This document shows, piece by piece, positions 39,169-49,120 of a stretch of DNA of 64,000 nucleotides (its first letter is position 1; the number at the start of each line of letters is the position of its first letter). Both the position numbers and the translations under genes were made by a program. The DNA is taken from contig JBHLJY010000003.1 of the NCBI GenBank assembly GCA_048887225.1, positions 64,001 to 128,000 on the forward strand. The letters run 5' to 3'. Under the pieces are notes generated by a model. It did no database searches. It was given only the letters and a program-made list of their open reading frames with translations, and was not told where the DNA came from. The stretch comes from Candidatus Hodarchaeota archaeon (GTDB lineage: Archaea; Asgardarchaeota; Lokiarchaeia; Sigyniarchaeales; SOKP01).

Positions 39169-40878
39169 CTAAGATTTTTTCCATAATTTACGAAGCACAT
39201 GTGCTGCCATTTTTGGTCGGCGATCTCTTGTAAATACTCCTTTATAATTCAAACCTCCCGCCCTCAATATACCTTGTGCAGTTTTGAAATCACACAAGTT
39301 CCAGACATGTTGTCCTACAACATAATCTTTAGTATTTAAAAGCTCAATATATCTCCTTATGAATTCCATTTGATACTCTTCGCTAAACATTTCTGGAGGT
39401 TGAGCATGACATCCTGGAATGGTATCGGTTCCAAATTCAGATAAGATTATTGGTTTAGAGTATTTTTTATATAATTTGTCCAATTCTTCAGATAGTAATT
39501 CGATACCTTCTTCAATTCTTCCTGGTTGAGTATACCATCCATAATAACGATTTAAACAGATAATATCTAAGAATTTGAAAGTGTTTTCTCCTGTACCCAT
39601 CATATTAGCTATAGTAACTGGTCGAGTTGCATCTTTTTTCTTCGCAATTTCATATAATTTACGGAAAAAATCTCTTGCTCTAATACTCCTATGGGGTTCA
39701 TTAGCTAAACTCCACATTATTACGCTTGGATGATTTTTATCTCTTTCGATTAATTTTTGAATATATTGCTGGCATAATTCGAAATGACGATCAATAATTT
39801 TGAGATCAAATGTGAGCCCTACTGCTGGTGTTTCATCAATAACTAAAAAGCCTAGACGGTCAGCTAAGTCCATCATCTGTTCTGAATAAGGATAATGAGA
39901 TGTGCGAAAGGAATTGGCACCTATCCAACTTAATAAGGCGAAATCTTTAATCAAAATCACTGGAAAATAACCCTTTCCAATTATCGGAAAATCTTCATGA
40001 CGTCCAAATCCAGTCAATTTTATTGGTTTTCCATTTAGGAGTAATTGATTACCTTTAACTTCAATTGTTCGAATTCCTATTGATAAAGAGTACGAATCAA
40101 AAATAATGCCATCATGAGAGAGCTCTACAATCATATCGTATAAGTTTGGGGATTCTGGAGACCATAGTGCTGCATTATCCACTGATAAAGTGGTTTTTGC
40201 TAATTCTCCAGTAAGCGGAACTTCAGAAATAATATTTGCACTATGTCCGCTCAATTTAATCAATACATTTTCTCCATAGTTGCCAGTTCTCTGAATTTTA
40301 ATATTAATATATCCATTAGTACCTTCAATGGTAGTTATAACTGTCAGATCTTTAATCCCCTCTTTAGGCATTGTATAAATTAACACTGGGCGATGTATTC
40401 CACAGAAAGGAAAAAAATCAAAATTTGTATTAGGATAATTTAAAGGTCTACCACTAGGAGGAACATGTTCTTTGGCTAAATTCCCATCCACTCGCACAAT
40501 TAATCGATTTTTTTCTGTTTTTATTAAAGATGTAATATCATATTCGAAAGGCAAGTGGCCACCTTCGTGCTGACCAAGATTTTCACCATTTAACCAAACA
40601 TTTGCCACGTAGTTGACAGAGCCAAATCTCAAAAATATACGATGATTTTCCCAACTCCACGGCAGATTAAAAAAAGTCTGGTACCATGCGGGACCTAAAA
40701 AATCACGATTACCAGCGAATTGTTCGTTCCAACTAGCTGGTACTGCTATTGGGTGAGCATCATTAAGACCATTTTGCCAATTATTTATCAGACCTTCATC
40801 ATTAAAATCAAAACGAAAATCCCACAAACCAGATAAATCAATGCATTGGCGATATTTATTTATTTGAGGATAAAGCAT
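39169..40878 (-). CDS. uidA: Beta-glucuronidase (GH2)
   Basis: MLYP, VPASWN, FGRHED, NSFRTSHYPY, WSLANE, NRYYGWY, SEFG, N.KGVFTRDRRPK. Confidence 0.92.
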   Translation of the reverse strand: MLYPQINKYRQCIDLSGLWDFRFDFNDEGLINNWQNGLNDAHPIAVPASWNEQFAGNRDFLGPAWYQTFFNLPWSWENHRIFLRFGSVNYVANVWLNGENLGQHEGGHLPFEYDITSLIKTEKNRLIVRVDGNLAKEHVPPSGRPLNYPNTNFDFFPFCGIHRPVLIYTMPKEGIKDLTVITTIEGTNGYINIKIQRTGNYGENVLIKLSGHSANIISEVPLTGELAKTTLSVDNAALWSPESPNLYDMIVELSHDGIIFDSYSLSIGIRTIEVKGNQLLLNGKPIKLTGFGRHEDFPIIGKGYFPVILIKDFALLSWIGANSFRTSHYPYSEQMMDLADRLGFLVIDETPAVGLTFDLKIIDRHFELCQQYIQKLIERDKNHPSVIMWSLANEPHRSIRARDFFRKLYEIAKKKDATRPVTIANMMGTGENTFKFLDIICLNRYYGWYTQPGRIEEGIELLSEELDKLYKKYSKPIILSEFGTDTIPGCHAQPPEMFSEEYQMEFIRRYIELLNTKDYVVGQHVWNLCDFKTAQGILRAGGLNYKGVFTRDRRPKMAAHVLRKLWKKS

Positions 40879-40957
40879 ATTATTAAATATTAATAAAAGT
40901 TTTTATGCTTTTTTAGAATTTGAATAATTAAATAAAACGGCTTTAATCAGAGTTTAT

Positions 40958-42106
40958 ATGAATAGTAGAGAGAGAGTAAAAAAGGCGTTCCATTTCGATA
41001 AACCCGATAGAGTACCTATGTCTCAAATGAACTTAAAAACAGATTTTTTTCCAGTCCATCAATATCATCCTAAATCTTGGCAACCACAAAATTATCCTCC
41101 TCACGTAAGAGGGGGTGTTGAAAAAATAACTAAAATAACTTATAGAAAATTCGTATATAATTGGAAAAATACAATGAGAAAAGAAGCAGGATATTCTAAG
41201 AAGTGGTGGAAAAATCCTCATGAGAGTATTGATGAATGGAATACTATTTGGAAATCTTCAGGAACAGAAAGTGCTGATGTAACAAAAGGTCATCCCTTTA
41301 AAGGTTTTCTTCAAGATGATTGGGATAAAATTAATGATTACAAAATCCCTGACGCATCAAATCCGGAGCGATATAGGATGATAAAAACAAAAATATGGAA
41401 ATTATTAGGTAAGAATAGATATACGGTTGGCGAAATGGGAGCTAATGGTCTATTCAATCAATGTAGTCAAATTAGGGGTTTTACTAATCTTCTTATTGAC
41501 TTTGCTAGACATTCACAAGAAGTAGATCAATTAATCAATAAAATACTTCCTTTTTACCTGATTCAAATTGAAAAATTTAAAGGATATTATCCAACACTAG
41601 ATTCAATTATTATCGCAGATGATTTAGGAACTCAAAAATCGCCGTTCATCAGCCCAAGAATTTTTCAAAAATTTTTTAAAGAACCTTATAAAGAAATCAT
41701 AGATTTAACTCATGAATTAGGAATGGATTTTATTCTACATTCTTGCGGCCAAATTTTCGAATTAATGCCAGATATAATTGATATTAATGTTGACGTGTTT
41801 GAATTTGACAGCCCCCATATGACTGGAGTCGAAAATTTTAAAAAATTTGCAAAGGAACGAAAGGTGGCATTCTGGCTTTCATCAAATATTCAGAGTACAT
41901 ATCCTCTTGGAACACCTGAAGAAGTAGAAGAAGAAATAAAACATTACATTAAAGAAGTGGGTAATAATGAAGGAGGATTAGCTATTTATGAATATATGTC
42001 AAATAAGGTTTTAAGGACACCAAAAGGAAATATTATATCACAAAGAGAAGCTACTCTTAAATGGGGTAATTACAATGAAAATGGTTTTATTGATTGGTTA
42101 GCTTAG
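40958..42106 (+). CDS. Uroporphyrinogen decarboxylase / MtaA-like methyltransferase family protein
   Basis: MNSRERV...PDRVP, DEW, RGF, ADDLGTQ, LHSCG. Confidence 0.8.
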   Translation: MNSRERVKKAFHFDKPDRVPMSQMNLKTDFFPVHQYHPKSWQPQNYPPHVRGGVEKITKITYRKFVYNWKNTMRKEAGYSKKWWKNPHESIDEWNTIWKSSGTESADVTKGHPFKGFLQDDWDKINDYKIPDASNPERYRMIKTKIWKLLGKNRYTVGEMGANGLFNQCSQIRGFTNLLIDFARHSQEVDQLINKILPFYLIQIEKFKGYYPTLDSIIIADDLGTQKSPFISPRIFQKFFKEPYKEIIDLTHELGMDFILHSCGQIFELMPDIIDINVDVFEFDSPHMTGVENFKKFAKERKVAFWLSSNIQSTYPLGTPEEVEEEIKHYIKEVGNNEGGLAIYEYMSNKVLRTPKGNIISQREATLKWGNYNENGFIDWLA

Positions 42107-42159
42107 AATCGTTATTCTATCAAAACCTTAAGAAGTTAAATAATATTTTATTCCTTAAT

Positions 42160-43050
42160 ATGGCAAAAAAAATAGTTCTTTCCGCCAAAAAAGAACATGA
42201 TGTTATTATAAATGTTATAAAGAAGCTAAAAGAAATCCAAAATATTGATTTAATTTTACATGATCCAACTGAAGATTTTCTTAACTTAGAAGATATGCAT
42301 AATCAATTTGGAGATGCTGATTTTATAATAGCAAAAGTCGCAAGCGATTGTTCTATTGATTTACTCCATTTTGCTAAACTTTACAAAATTCCTACATTGC
42401 ATGATATTGACACAGTTCTAATGTGTAAAAATAGAGTTGCTCTTGACCATGTTTTAAGAAGAATTTTTAATAAATATTCGAAAGAGTTAGATAAATTTTT
42501 ATTACCAAAATCTTGGACGCATTCCTTATTAAATATAAATAGATTTAAGGAATGGGCTTCTTCACGATTGCCAATAGTTATTAAAAGTCATTATCAACAC
42601 GATAAATACAATCGATTTAATTTCTTGGTTCGGGAAATAGAAGAAGTTAATAAATTTTGTAAATTATATTCAAATTTTTTATACTATGATGTATATATTC
42701 AAGAATTTGTGGAATGTGATGGAATAGAGCTAAAAGTATATGTGGTTGGAGATAAAGTATTTGGAATTAAAAGAGAAAATCCAATTTACATTTTTTTAAG
42801 AGATAAACTCATTTCTATTGATGTTGAGACTATAGAAAGAGTCAAATTTAAAGTCCCAGATGATATGAAAAATTTAGCTAAAGTTCTTGCAAAAGAACTA
42901 AATTTAAAACTATTTGGGTTTGATTTAGTTAAACCTCTTAATCAAGAGGGATATTTTCTAATTGATTTAAACGATTTTCCTGGTTTTAGGGGTATTAACA
43001 ATATTGATAAAGTAATAGCTGACTTTATTAAAAAATATTTAAATCGATGA
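42160..43050 (+). CDS. ATP-grasp protein, ITPK1-like inositol phosphate kinase (best-conserved copy)
   Basis: LPIVIK, QEFV, LKVYVVGD, LKLFGFDLV...FLIDLNDFPGF; ATG at 42160 preferred over TTG at 42094, which overlaps the upstream gene. Confidence 0.85.
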   Translation: MAKKIVLSAKKEHDVIINVIKKLKEIQNIDLILHDPTEDFLNLEDMHNQFGDADFIIAKVASDCSIDLLHFAKLYKIPTLHDIDTVLMCKNRVALDHVLRRIFNKYSKELDKFLLPKSWTHSLLNINRFKEWASSRLPIVIKSHYQHDKYNRFNFLVREIEEVNKFCKLYSNFLYYDVYIQEFVECDGIELKVYVVGDKVFGIKRENPIYIFLRDKLISIDVETIERVKFKVPDDMKNLAKVLAKELNLKLFGFDLVKPLNQEGYFLIDLNDFPGFRGINNIDKVIADFIKKYLNR

Positions 43051-43149
43051 GAAGCATAATCTATAAATTTTTATTCAAATTTATTGAGTAAATTCATATC
43101 AAATTTTTTTATATTTTTAAATAACTAAGTTCTATTATTAATAGTAAAA

Positions 43150-44655
43150 ATGTCTCAAAGTGAAGTTTTATTAGATTGGACTTCTCCCCTACAATCGCCT
43201 CCACTTTTTAATTACCTTCGACAAGAAATACCGATTGAAGATCTTCGTGATTATGCTAGTCCTAGAAGGATTAAATCGATAGATTTCGTAAAGGGCTTAG
43301 CAATAATTTTAATTATGATGGCGCACATATCCGAAGCATGGTTAGATTCAGATTGGGTATATATTTACGCAATGATTTTTTGTATAATGGATGTCTTTGG
43401 TCCATCATTATTTATCTTCCTTTCAGCACTCAGCGTAGTTTTTAGTATAAAAAAAAAACAAGGAAAAGTCCACCCTAAAATTATTAGAAACCAAATTCTT
43501 TCGCGTGGAGCGTCAATCGCAGTAATTGGAATGATAATAAATCTAGCATGGTTAAATCAAGGACCTACAGATTATCGCCCAATATTTCCTCTAAGTTTAT
43601 GGGGTTGGAATATTCTTATGTTTTTAGGCTTTTCTCAAGTATTTTCATATTATGCATTAAAATTAACTAAAAAATGGCGGATCATTATCGGCTTAATAAT
43701 TATCTTTATTTCTATGCCCCTTAGACAATTTCTTATATATTACAGAGAAGATTATTTAATGGTTTGGATATTACATTTCATTATAACTTCGCCTGCTCCT
43801 CAATTGCCGCTTTTTCCTTGGCTTTCAATATGTTTTTTATCTACAATATTCGGTGAATATCTGTACGAGGCAATGATTGAAGGAACTGAAGATGCTTATG
43901 TAGGACTCATTCGGATTTTTCTATTCTGGGGGGTAATATTTATAATTTTTGGAGTTATTGCTCCCTCTATAAATTTGGGATTACCCCCTAAAATATCTTG
44001 GGGATGGGAACTACAAACCACCGAAACGATGAATATGAATGAATATCCCCATTTATACGTCTTGGGTATTATGAACCAGCAAAAATATTATAAATTTCAT
44101 GGAATTCCTCTATTTTTAATAAGGAGTACAACAGCAAATATGATTTATAATTTAGGCGCAGCTCTGTTAATCATTGGAATTTTCTTCTATATTATTGATT
44201 TAAAGAAGAAAGAAAATAATTTTACCTCAATGTTAATATATTACGGAAAAGTGTCGTTAAGTCTATTTCTCATACATTTTATTTTTATTCTGATTTTCGT
44301 TAGTCAATTTAGTATAGTAGTATTTCCGTTTGTTATTCTCGCTTATGTGGGATTAATGGGCTTTTCTATGTATATATGGAATGAGTATGGTAATGGGGTA
44401 GGTTCTCCAGAATGGGTGATGATACAAATCAGCAGAATCGGTCAAAAGACAGGAGAACAAGTCAAAAGAGAACTTAGAAAAACGGAGGATTTAATTAAAA
44501 ACTTTACAAAAATGATAATGCCTAAAAAGACTTTACAAAAGATGGAGGACTTTATAGCGGAGAGAAAAGAAAAGAGATTAGAAAAAATAAGGAAACAAGA
44601 ATTAAGAAAAAAGAGAAAAAAGCTTGAAGATAGAGTTGGTCATATAGAAGATTAA
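43150..44655 (+). CDS. Membrane acyltransferase, HGSNAT/DUF1624-like
   Basis: RIKSIDFVKGLAIILIMMAH, FIFLS, PLFPW, YGKVSLSLFLIH; multi-TM. Confidence 0.75.
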   Translation: MSQSEVLLDWTSPLQSPPLFNYLRQEIPIEDLRDYASPRRIKSIDFVKGLAIILIMMAHISEAWLDSDWVYIYAMIFCIMDVFGPSLFIFLSALSVVFSIKKKQGKVHPKIIRNQILSRGASIAVIGMIINLAWLNQGPTDYRPIFPLSLWGWNILMFLGFSQVFSYYALKLTKKWRIIIGLIIIFISMPLRQFLIYYREDYLMVWILHFIITSPAPQLPLFPWLSICFLSTIFGEYLYEAMIEGTEDAYVGLIRIFLFWGVIFIIFGVIAPSINLGLPPKISWGWELQTTETMNMNEYPHLYVLGIMNQQKYYKFHGIPLFLIRSTTANMIYNLGAALLIIGIFFYIIDLKKKENNFTSMLIYYGKVSLSLFLIHFIFILIFVSQFSIVVFPFVILAYVGLMGFSMYIWNEYGNGVGSPEWVMIQISRIGQKTGEQVKRELRKTEDLIKNFTKMIMPKKTLQKMEDFIAERKEKRLEKIRKQELRKKRKKLEDRVGHIED

Positions 44656-44706
44656 TTTCTTTTAACAATTCAAAATTCTTTTTATTTATCTTAAAATTCT
44701 TTAATT

Positions 44707-45186
44707 TTAACAAGAAAATTTTTCTAAACCTTTCATTAAACATTCTGTAATTTCGTCCCGAGCAATTCTAAATCCTTCTATTCCTTTCATAGAGGGATCT
44801 GCAATATCACCGTATTCACCTGCGAATTCTTTTATTGTAAAGACCTCTTTATTATCAACTTCTTCATATTTCAGTATTTCTTCTTTATGCTCCTTAGTAA
44901 GGGTTAATATTAAATCTGCCTTTTTAATTAATCCTTTATGTCTTTTTAAATCGAAAGACTTAGATTTATCAGATAAATTAATTCCAATTTCTTCCATTGC
45001 TAATTTAGCATCCATTGAAATCAACATTCCGTCCCTTGCATTTGAAGCAATACCTCCTGAATTAACCTTAACCTCTAAATTATTTTTTAAGAAATAGTCT
45101 TTTAATAAACCCTCAGCCATACAACTTCTCGCAGTATTAACACTACAGACAACTAAAATAGATTTGTATGGAAAATCATTAACCAT
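44707..45186 (-). CDS. Low-molecular-weight protein (Tyr/Arg) phosphatase
   Basis: VCSVNTARSCMAE (CX5R P-loop), ADLIL, DIADP. Confidence 0.9.
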   Translation of the reverse strand: MVNDFPYKSILVVCSVNTARSCMAEGLLKDYFLKNNLEVKVNSGGIASNARDGMLISMDAKLAMEEIGINLSDKSKSFDLKRHKGLIKKADLILTLTKEHKEEILKYEEVDNKEVFTIKEFAGEYGDIADPSMKGIEGFRIARDEITECLMKGLEKFSC

Positions 45187-45233
45187 GATTTAGAAAAAGA
45201 TAACTATCATTAATTTTTTATCTATGAAAATAA

Positions 45234-45911
45234 TTAGTTTTTGAAACTGTCTTTATTCGCAAATTTAATACTTTTATTAACCATATTTTCTAAGGAGTTT
45301 GAAATGTTTCCAGGAGGGAGATCAATTCCTTTTGTCAAATCAACTAAGAAATATACTTCAAATCCTAAATCAACACCATCTATGGCAGTAAAATAACAAC
45401 AATAATCTAATGCTAATCCACACACAAAAATCTTGTCAATTCCTAAAGATCTTAATTTATTAGCTAAGCCTGTTTCTGATTTCTTATCATTTTCGATGAA
45501 TCCTGAATAACTGTCAATTTCAGGATTCATTCCTTTTTGGATAATTGCATCCGCCAAATTTTTTTTTAAATCCTTATGAAAGTCTGCACCTATAGAATCT
45601 TGTACACAATGGTCTGGCCATAATATGGGGCCAATTCCCTCTGATTGAAATTCATCGCCCGCATTTTTATTTAGATGTTGACTTGCAAAAGACTTATGAT
45701 TTTTCGGGTGCCAATCTTGAGTTAAAACCACTTTTCCATTTTTTTTTTTGAAAAAATCTGCAACTTTATTTATCCCATCTACTATTAGATCGCCTTCTTC
45801 TACAGGCAAAGCACCATTAGGCATAAAATCATTTTGCATATCAACTATGATTAGAGCATCTTTAATGTTAATCTCAATTTCTTTATCAATCTTTAAATCT
45901 TCAATATTCAT
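45234..45911 (-). CDS. pncA: Nicotinamidase/pyrazinamidase
   Basis: DMQNDF, QDWHP, WPDHC, KG...DSYSGF, GLALDYC. Confidence 0.93.
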   Translation of the reverse strand: MNIEDLKIDKEIEINIKDALIIVDMQNDFMPNGALPVEEGDLIVDGINKVADFFKKKNGKVVLTQDWHPKNHKSFASQHLNKNAGDEFQSEGIGPILWPDHCVQDSIGADFHKDLKKNLADAIIQKGMNPEIDSYSGFIENDKKSETGLANKLRSLGIDKIFVCGLALDYCCYFTAIDGVDLGFEVYFLVDLTKGIDLPPGNISNSLENMVNKSIKFANKDSFKN

Positions 45912-46004
45912 TTTTATCCTGAAATTTGCTTTTCTTAATTATTACAAAATATTTTTTTTAATAAATAAACCTAGTTCCTATGAAATGAAATAGAAAGACA
46001 ATTT

Positions 46005-46634
46005 CTACACTTTCAATCTTTTATAAAGAGTGTATATACTAATTTCTATAGTCCAAGCGCCTAAAACGAAAAAAACGATCCATTCTACTATAGACCATCT
46101 TACTGCTATATAAAAAATAATTAATCCAGCAGTGATAAATCCGAAATATGCATGCATCTTTGAAAATTTATTTTCTCTTAACATTATTAAACTAAAATAG
46201 ATAAGTGATAAACATTCACCTACAAAAAATATAACTGCTAACATAGCATGAATTACAATCATAACTAAATTTATTACTGGGAAAAAGGCTATTAATGATA
46301 AAGCTATACAACTCGTTATAGATATTTTTACAGCTCGCTTTGTTAATTTCTTATTCTCGTTTTCTTGCTGTAAAATTCGTCCAAGAAAAATAACAAATGG
46401 TATAGCAAAAACACCTATCAAAATTAAACCTATTGCAAAAAATATCGCTGCTAACCCAGGACCTATTCCTAAAACACTAACATCATTATTTATCATGTCA
46501 TAACCAGGAAAATTTGAATATGAAAGAAATACGAATAGGGAACCAAAGCAGGTTGATAATAATCCATAAATCCCCCCTGGAATCTTTAGCAGTTTATCTA
46601 CAAATTTATTTAATTTTTCTATATTTTTCACCAA
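46005..46634 (-). CDS. DUF998 / Frag1-DRAM-Sfk1-like membrane protein
   Basis: FPGY...VSVLG, H..A.IFF, EW; 6 TM; tandem paralogue. Confidence 0.65.
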   Translation of the reverse strand: MVKNIEKLNKFVDKLLKIPGGIYGLLSTCFGSLFVFLSYSNFPGYDMINNDVSVLGIGPGLAAIFFAIGLILIGVFAIPFVIFLGRILQQENENKKLTKRAVKISITSCIALSLIAFFPVINLVMIVIHAMLAVIFFVGECLSLIYFSLIMLRENKFSKMHAYFGFITAGLIIFYIAVRWSIVEWIVFFVLGAWTIEISIYTLYKRLKV

Positions 46635-46637
46635 ATC

Positions 46638-47249
46638 TTAAAGCTTATAATATAGCAGATATAGTGAATTAACAGCTATCCATGATATTATGGCAAAAGT
46701 CGCGATCCATTCTGTTATTGGTCGCCATGTAAGTAAAAATAAAATATATGTCCCAGCGACAATAAATCCATAGTAAGCTTGCAAGTTCATATATTTACTA
46801 TCCCTTAACATTAGAATACTAAATAATGTTAAATAAATTGCTCCGCTTGCCAAAGATATAAACGCAAACGTTCCATGAGTGATAAAAATAATGTAATTTT
46901 CTTCAATAGATGGGAAAACACCAACTAAGACATATGCAATAATCGAAATGAGCGAGAAAATTATTGCACTTTTTCTCAGAATTGGATTTACACGTTCTAC
47001 ATCGAAAGATCTGTAAAGAGAAATATAATATGGAATAGAAACGATGCCCGAAATTACTAATCCGAGATTAAAAAATATCCCGTAAGGCCCACGTCCTAGT
47101 TCTGATATCATATTTTCAAAGAAGCTATAACCTCCTGGAAATAAAACGATCGATATTATGTCTCCGCTTAATACTATAACAACCGATATAAGTCCAAATA
47201 TTCCTCCCGGGAATATTTTGAAGAACTGATCCATTTTTGTGTTTTCCAT
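46638..47249 (-). CDS. DUF998 / Frag1-DRAM-Sfk1-like membrane protein
   Basis: ISELG..FFN, GVFP, HG..A, EW; 6 TM. Confidence 0.7.
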   Translation of the reverse strand: MENTKMDQFFKIFPGGIFGLISVVIVLSGDIISIVLFPGGYSFFENMISELGRGPYGIFFNLGLVISGIVSIPYYISLYRSFDVERVNPILRKSAIIFSLISIIAYVLVGVFPSIEENYIIFITHGTFAFISLASGAIYLTLFSILMLRDSKYMNLQAYYGFIVAGTYILFLLTWRPITEWIATFAIISWIAVNSLYLLYYKL

Positions 47250-47338
47250 ATCAATAATATATTTTACCTTAATTTTTAAAAATTTTTTTATAATTCATTT
47301 AACATTAAAAATATCAAATTAATTGAATCAAGAAATAA

Positions 47339-48496
47339 TTAATAAATTGTAAATCTATGTTTCGCTTGTTCCTGACTTTTTAATGTTTTCTTTCTGATTT
47401 CTTTATTAATTAGCCCTTCGATATGGCATAAATATTCATATTCATCCTTTAAAACTAAGGTAATTGCATATCCTTTTTTACTCATTCGCGAAGTTCTCCC
47501 AATACGATGTATATAAACCTCTGGGAATTTGGGGATATCATAATTAATTACATGAGAAATATTATCTATGTCTAGGCCTCTTGCTGCAACGTCGGTTGCT
47601 ATTAACATGTTAACTTTATATTCTCTGAATTCTTTTAAGATTTCTTCACGTTGAAATTGTGATAATTTACCTGATATTAATCCAACTTTGTAACCTGTTT
47701 TTTTTGAAGTTAACCTATTATATAACCAATTTGCAGTTTTTTTCGTATTAACAAATATAAGGGCATGTGTGGGTTTCTCTTTTCTCAAGATTTCAAGAAA
47801 ATTTCTAAATTTTTCTTCATAGAAATCAATTAAGTAATAATATTGTTGAGTACTCCTTACTGTTAAATCATCCCTACTCAAATTGAGAAATTTAAATCTG
47901 TTTCCTGAGTATTTTTTGACTAATTGCCTAATATCGTAATCTAAAGTTGCTGAAAATAGCATAAATTGATAATTTGTTTTAATTTGGTTTAAGATATATT
48001 TAACATCGGGTGCAAAACCCATATCCCAGAGCCGATCTGCCTCATCGAGAACGACAAATCTAATATTATTAAATCTTAAATTTCTTCTTTTCCATAAATC
48101 AATGAGTCTTCCAGGAGTTCCAACAATAACATGTACACCTTTCTCCAATTTTTTGATTTGATTATTAATTGAGACTCCACCGTAAATGGTCATAGATTTA
48201 ACTCTCTTATCTCCCATATCTTCAATAACTTGATTAATCTGTTTTGCGAGTTCACGCGTTGGAACTATAATAAGAGCTTCGACATCTTTGAATGTTAATT
48301 TTTCTTTAATTGGAACTATAAATGCTAATGTTTTACCTGTACCCGTCTTCGATTGAGCCATAATATTATATCCTTGCAAAATAAGCGGTACTGCCTTTTT
48401 TTGTACAGGAGTGGGGACAGTAATATTCAAATTTTTTAAAGCGTTAACATTTTTAGCGCTAATACCTAAATCCTCGAAATTCAAATCAAAATTCAC
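47339..48496 (-). CDS. DEAD-box RNA helicase
   Basis: PTPVQ, SKTGTGKT, PTRELA, TPGR, DEAD, SAT, ARGLD, HRIGRT. Confidence 0.95.
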   Translation of the reverse strand: MNFDLNFEDLGISAKNVNALKNLNITVPTPVQKKAVPLILQGYNIMAQSKTGTGKTLAFIVPIKEKLTFKDVEALIIVPTRELAKQINQVIEDMGDKRVKSMTIYGGVSINNQIKKLEKGVHVIVGTPGRLIDLWKRRNLRFNNIRFVVLDEADRLWDMGFAPDVKYILNQIKTNYQFMLFSATLDYDIRQLVKKYSGNRFKFLNLSRDDLTVRSTQQYYYLIDFYEEKFRNFLEILRKEKPTHALIFVNTKKTANWLYNRLTSKKTGYKVGLISGKLSQFQREEILKEFREYKVNMLIATDVAARGLDIDNISHVINYDIPKFPEVYIHRIGRTSRMSKKGYAITLVLKDEYEYLCHIEGLINKEIRKKTLKSQEQAKHRFTIY

Positions 48497-48709
48497 AATA
48501 TTTCCTTGTTTTTAACACACTTTTTCAATTATTTGAAATCATTTAAAACAATTAAACTTATTCAAAACCATAAAGCGAAAAATTTAGTTCGTGAAATTTA
48601 GTTTTTAAATTAATTTAATTTTTCTAGAGAATTTTAGTAATCTTTTTACGCAAATTATTATTATTTTCTCTTAATATAAGGAAAATTTCTTGATTTAGTA
48701 TAATATAAA

Positions 48710-49069
48710 GTGAAAAGTATGAGATCAAAAGTAAAATTTTTTCTATTAATTGCTATATTTCAAGTGTTTCTACTCATTGTAGTGCTTTCAAGCGTAAATG
48801 GATTAATAATATTTGTTGCTGCACAGCAAGCTGGTACTGTCACCAATCCCGTTACGGCTGGTGTACTGGCTATTGCAGCAGCAATCGCAGTGGGAGCATC
48901 TGTGATGGCTAGTGCTTGGGCAATAAGAACGGTTGGTACCGCTGCGATATCTTCTCTGACAGAACGCGAAGAAACATTTTTTAAAGCATTCTTAATTGTA
49001 GCACTTGCTGAAGCGCTGGCAGTCTATGGCTTAATCGTTGCGATACTTTTATGGACAAAAATCGGTTAA
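48710..49069 (+). CDS. atpK: A/V-type ATPase proteolipid subunit K (c)
   Basis: ALAEALAVYGLIVA with ion-binding Glu; extra N-terminal TM segment. Confidence 0.9.
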   Translation: MKSMRSKVKFFLLIAIFQVFLLIVVLSSVNGLIIFVAAQQAGTVTNPVTAGVLAIAAAIAVGASVMASAWAIRTVGTAAISSLTEREETFFKAFLIVALAEALAVYGLIVAILLWTKIG

Positions 49070-49120
49070 ACAACGTTTCAATTAATTAAATTAATAATCT
49101 CTATTTTTGGTGATTAACTA

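Noticed and set aside
33760-43050. Annotating the four ATP-grasp proteins as RimK/LysX peptide ligases or a RiPP system
   Set aside because: They have D-x-N rather than E-x-N, show ITPK1-type KVYV motifs, have no precursor or carrier peptide nearby, and neighbour ino1
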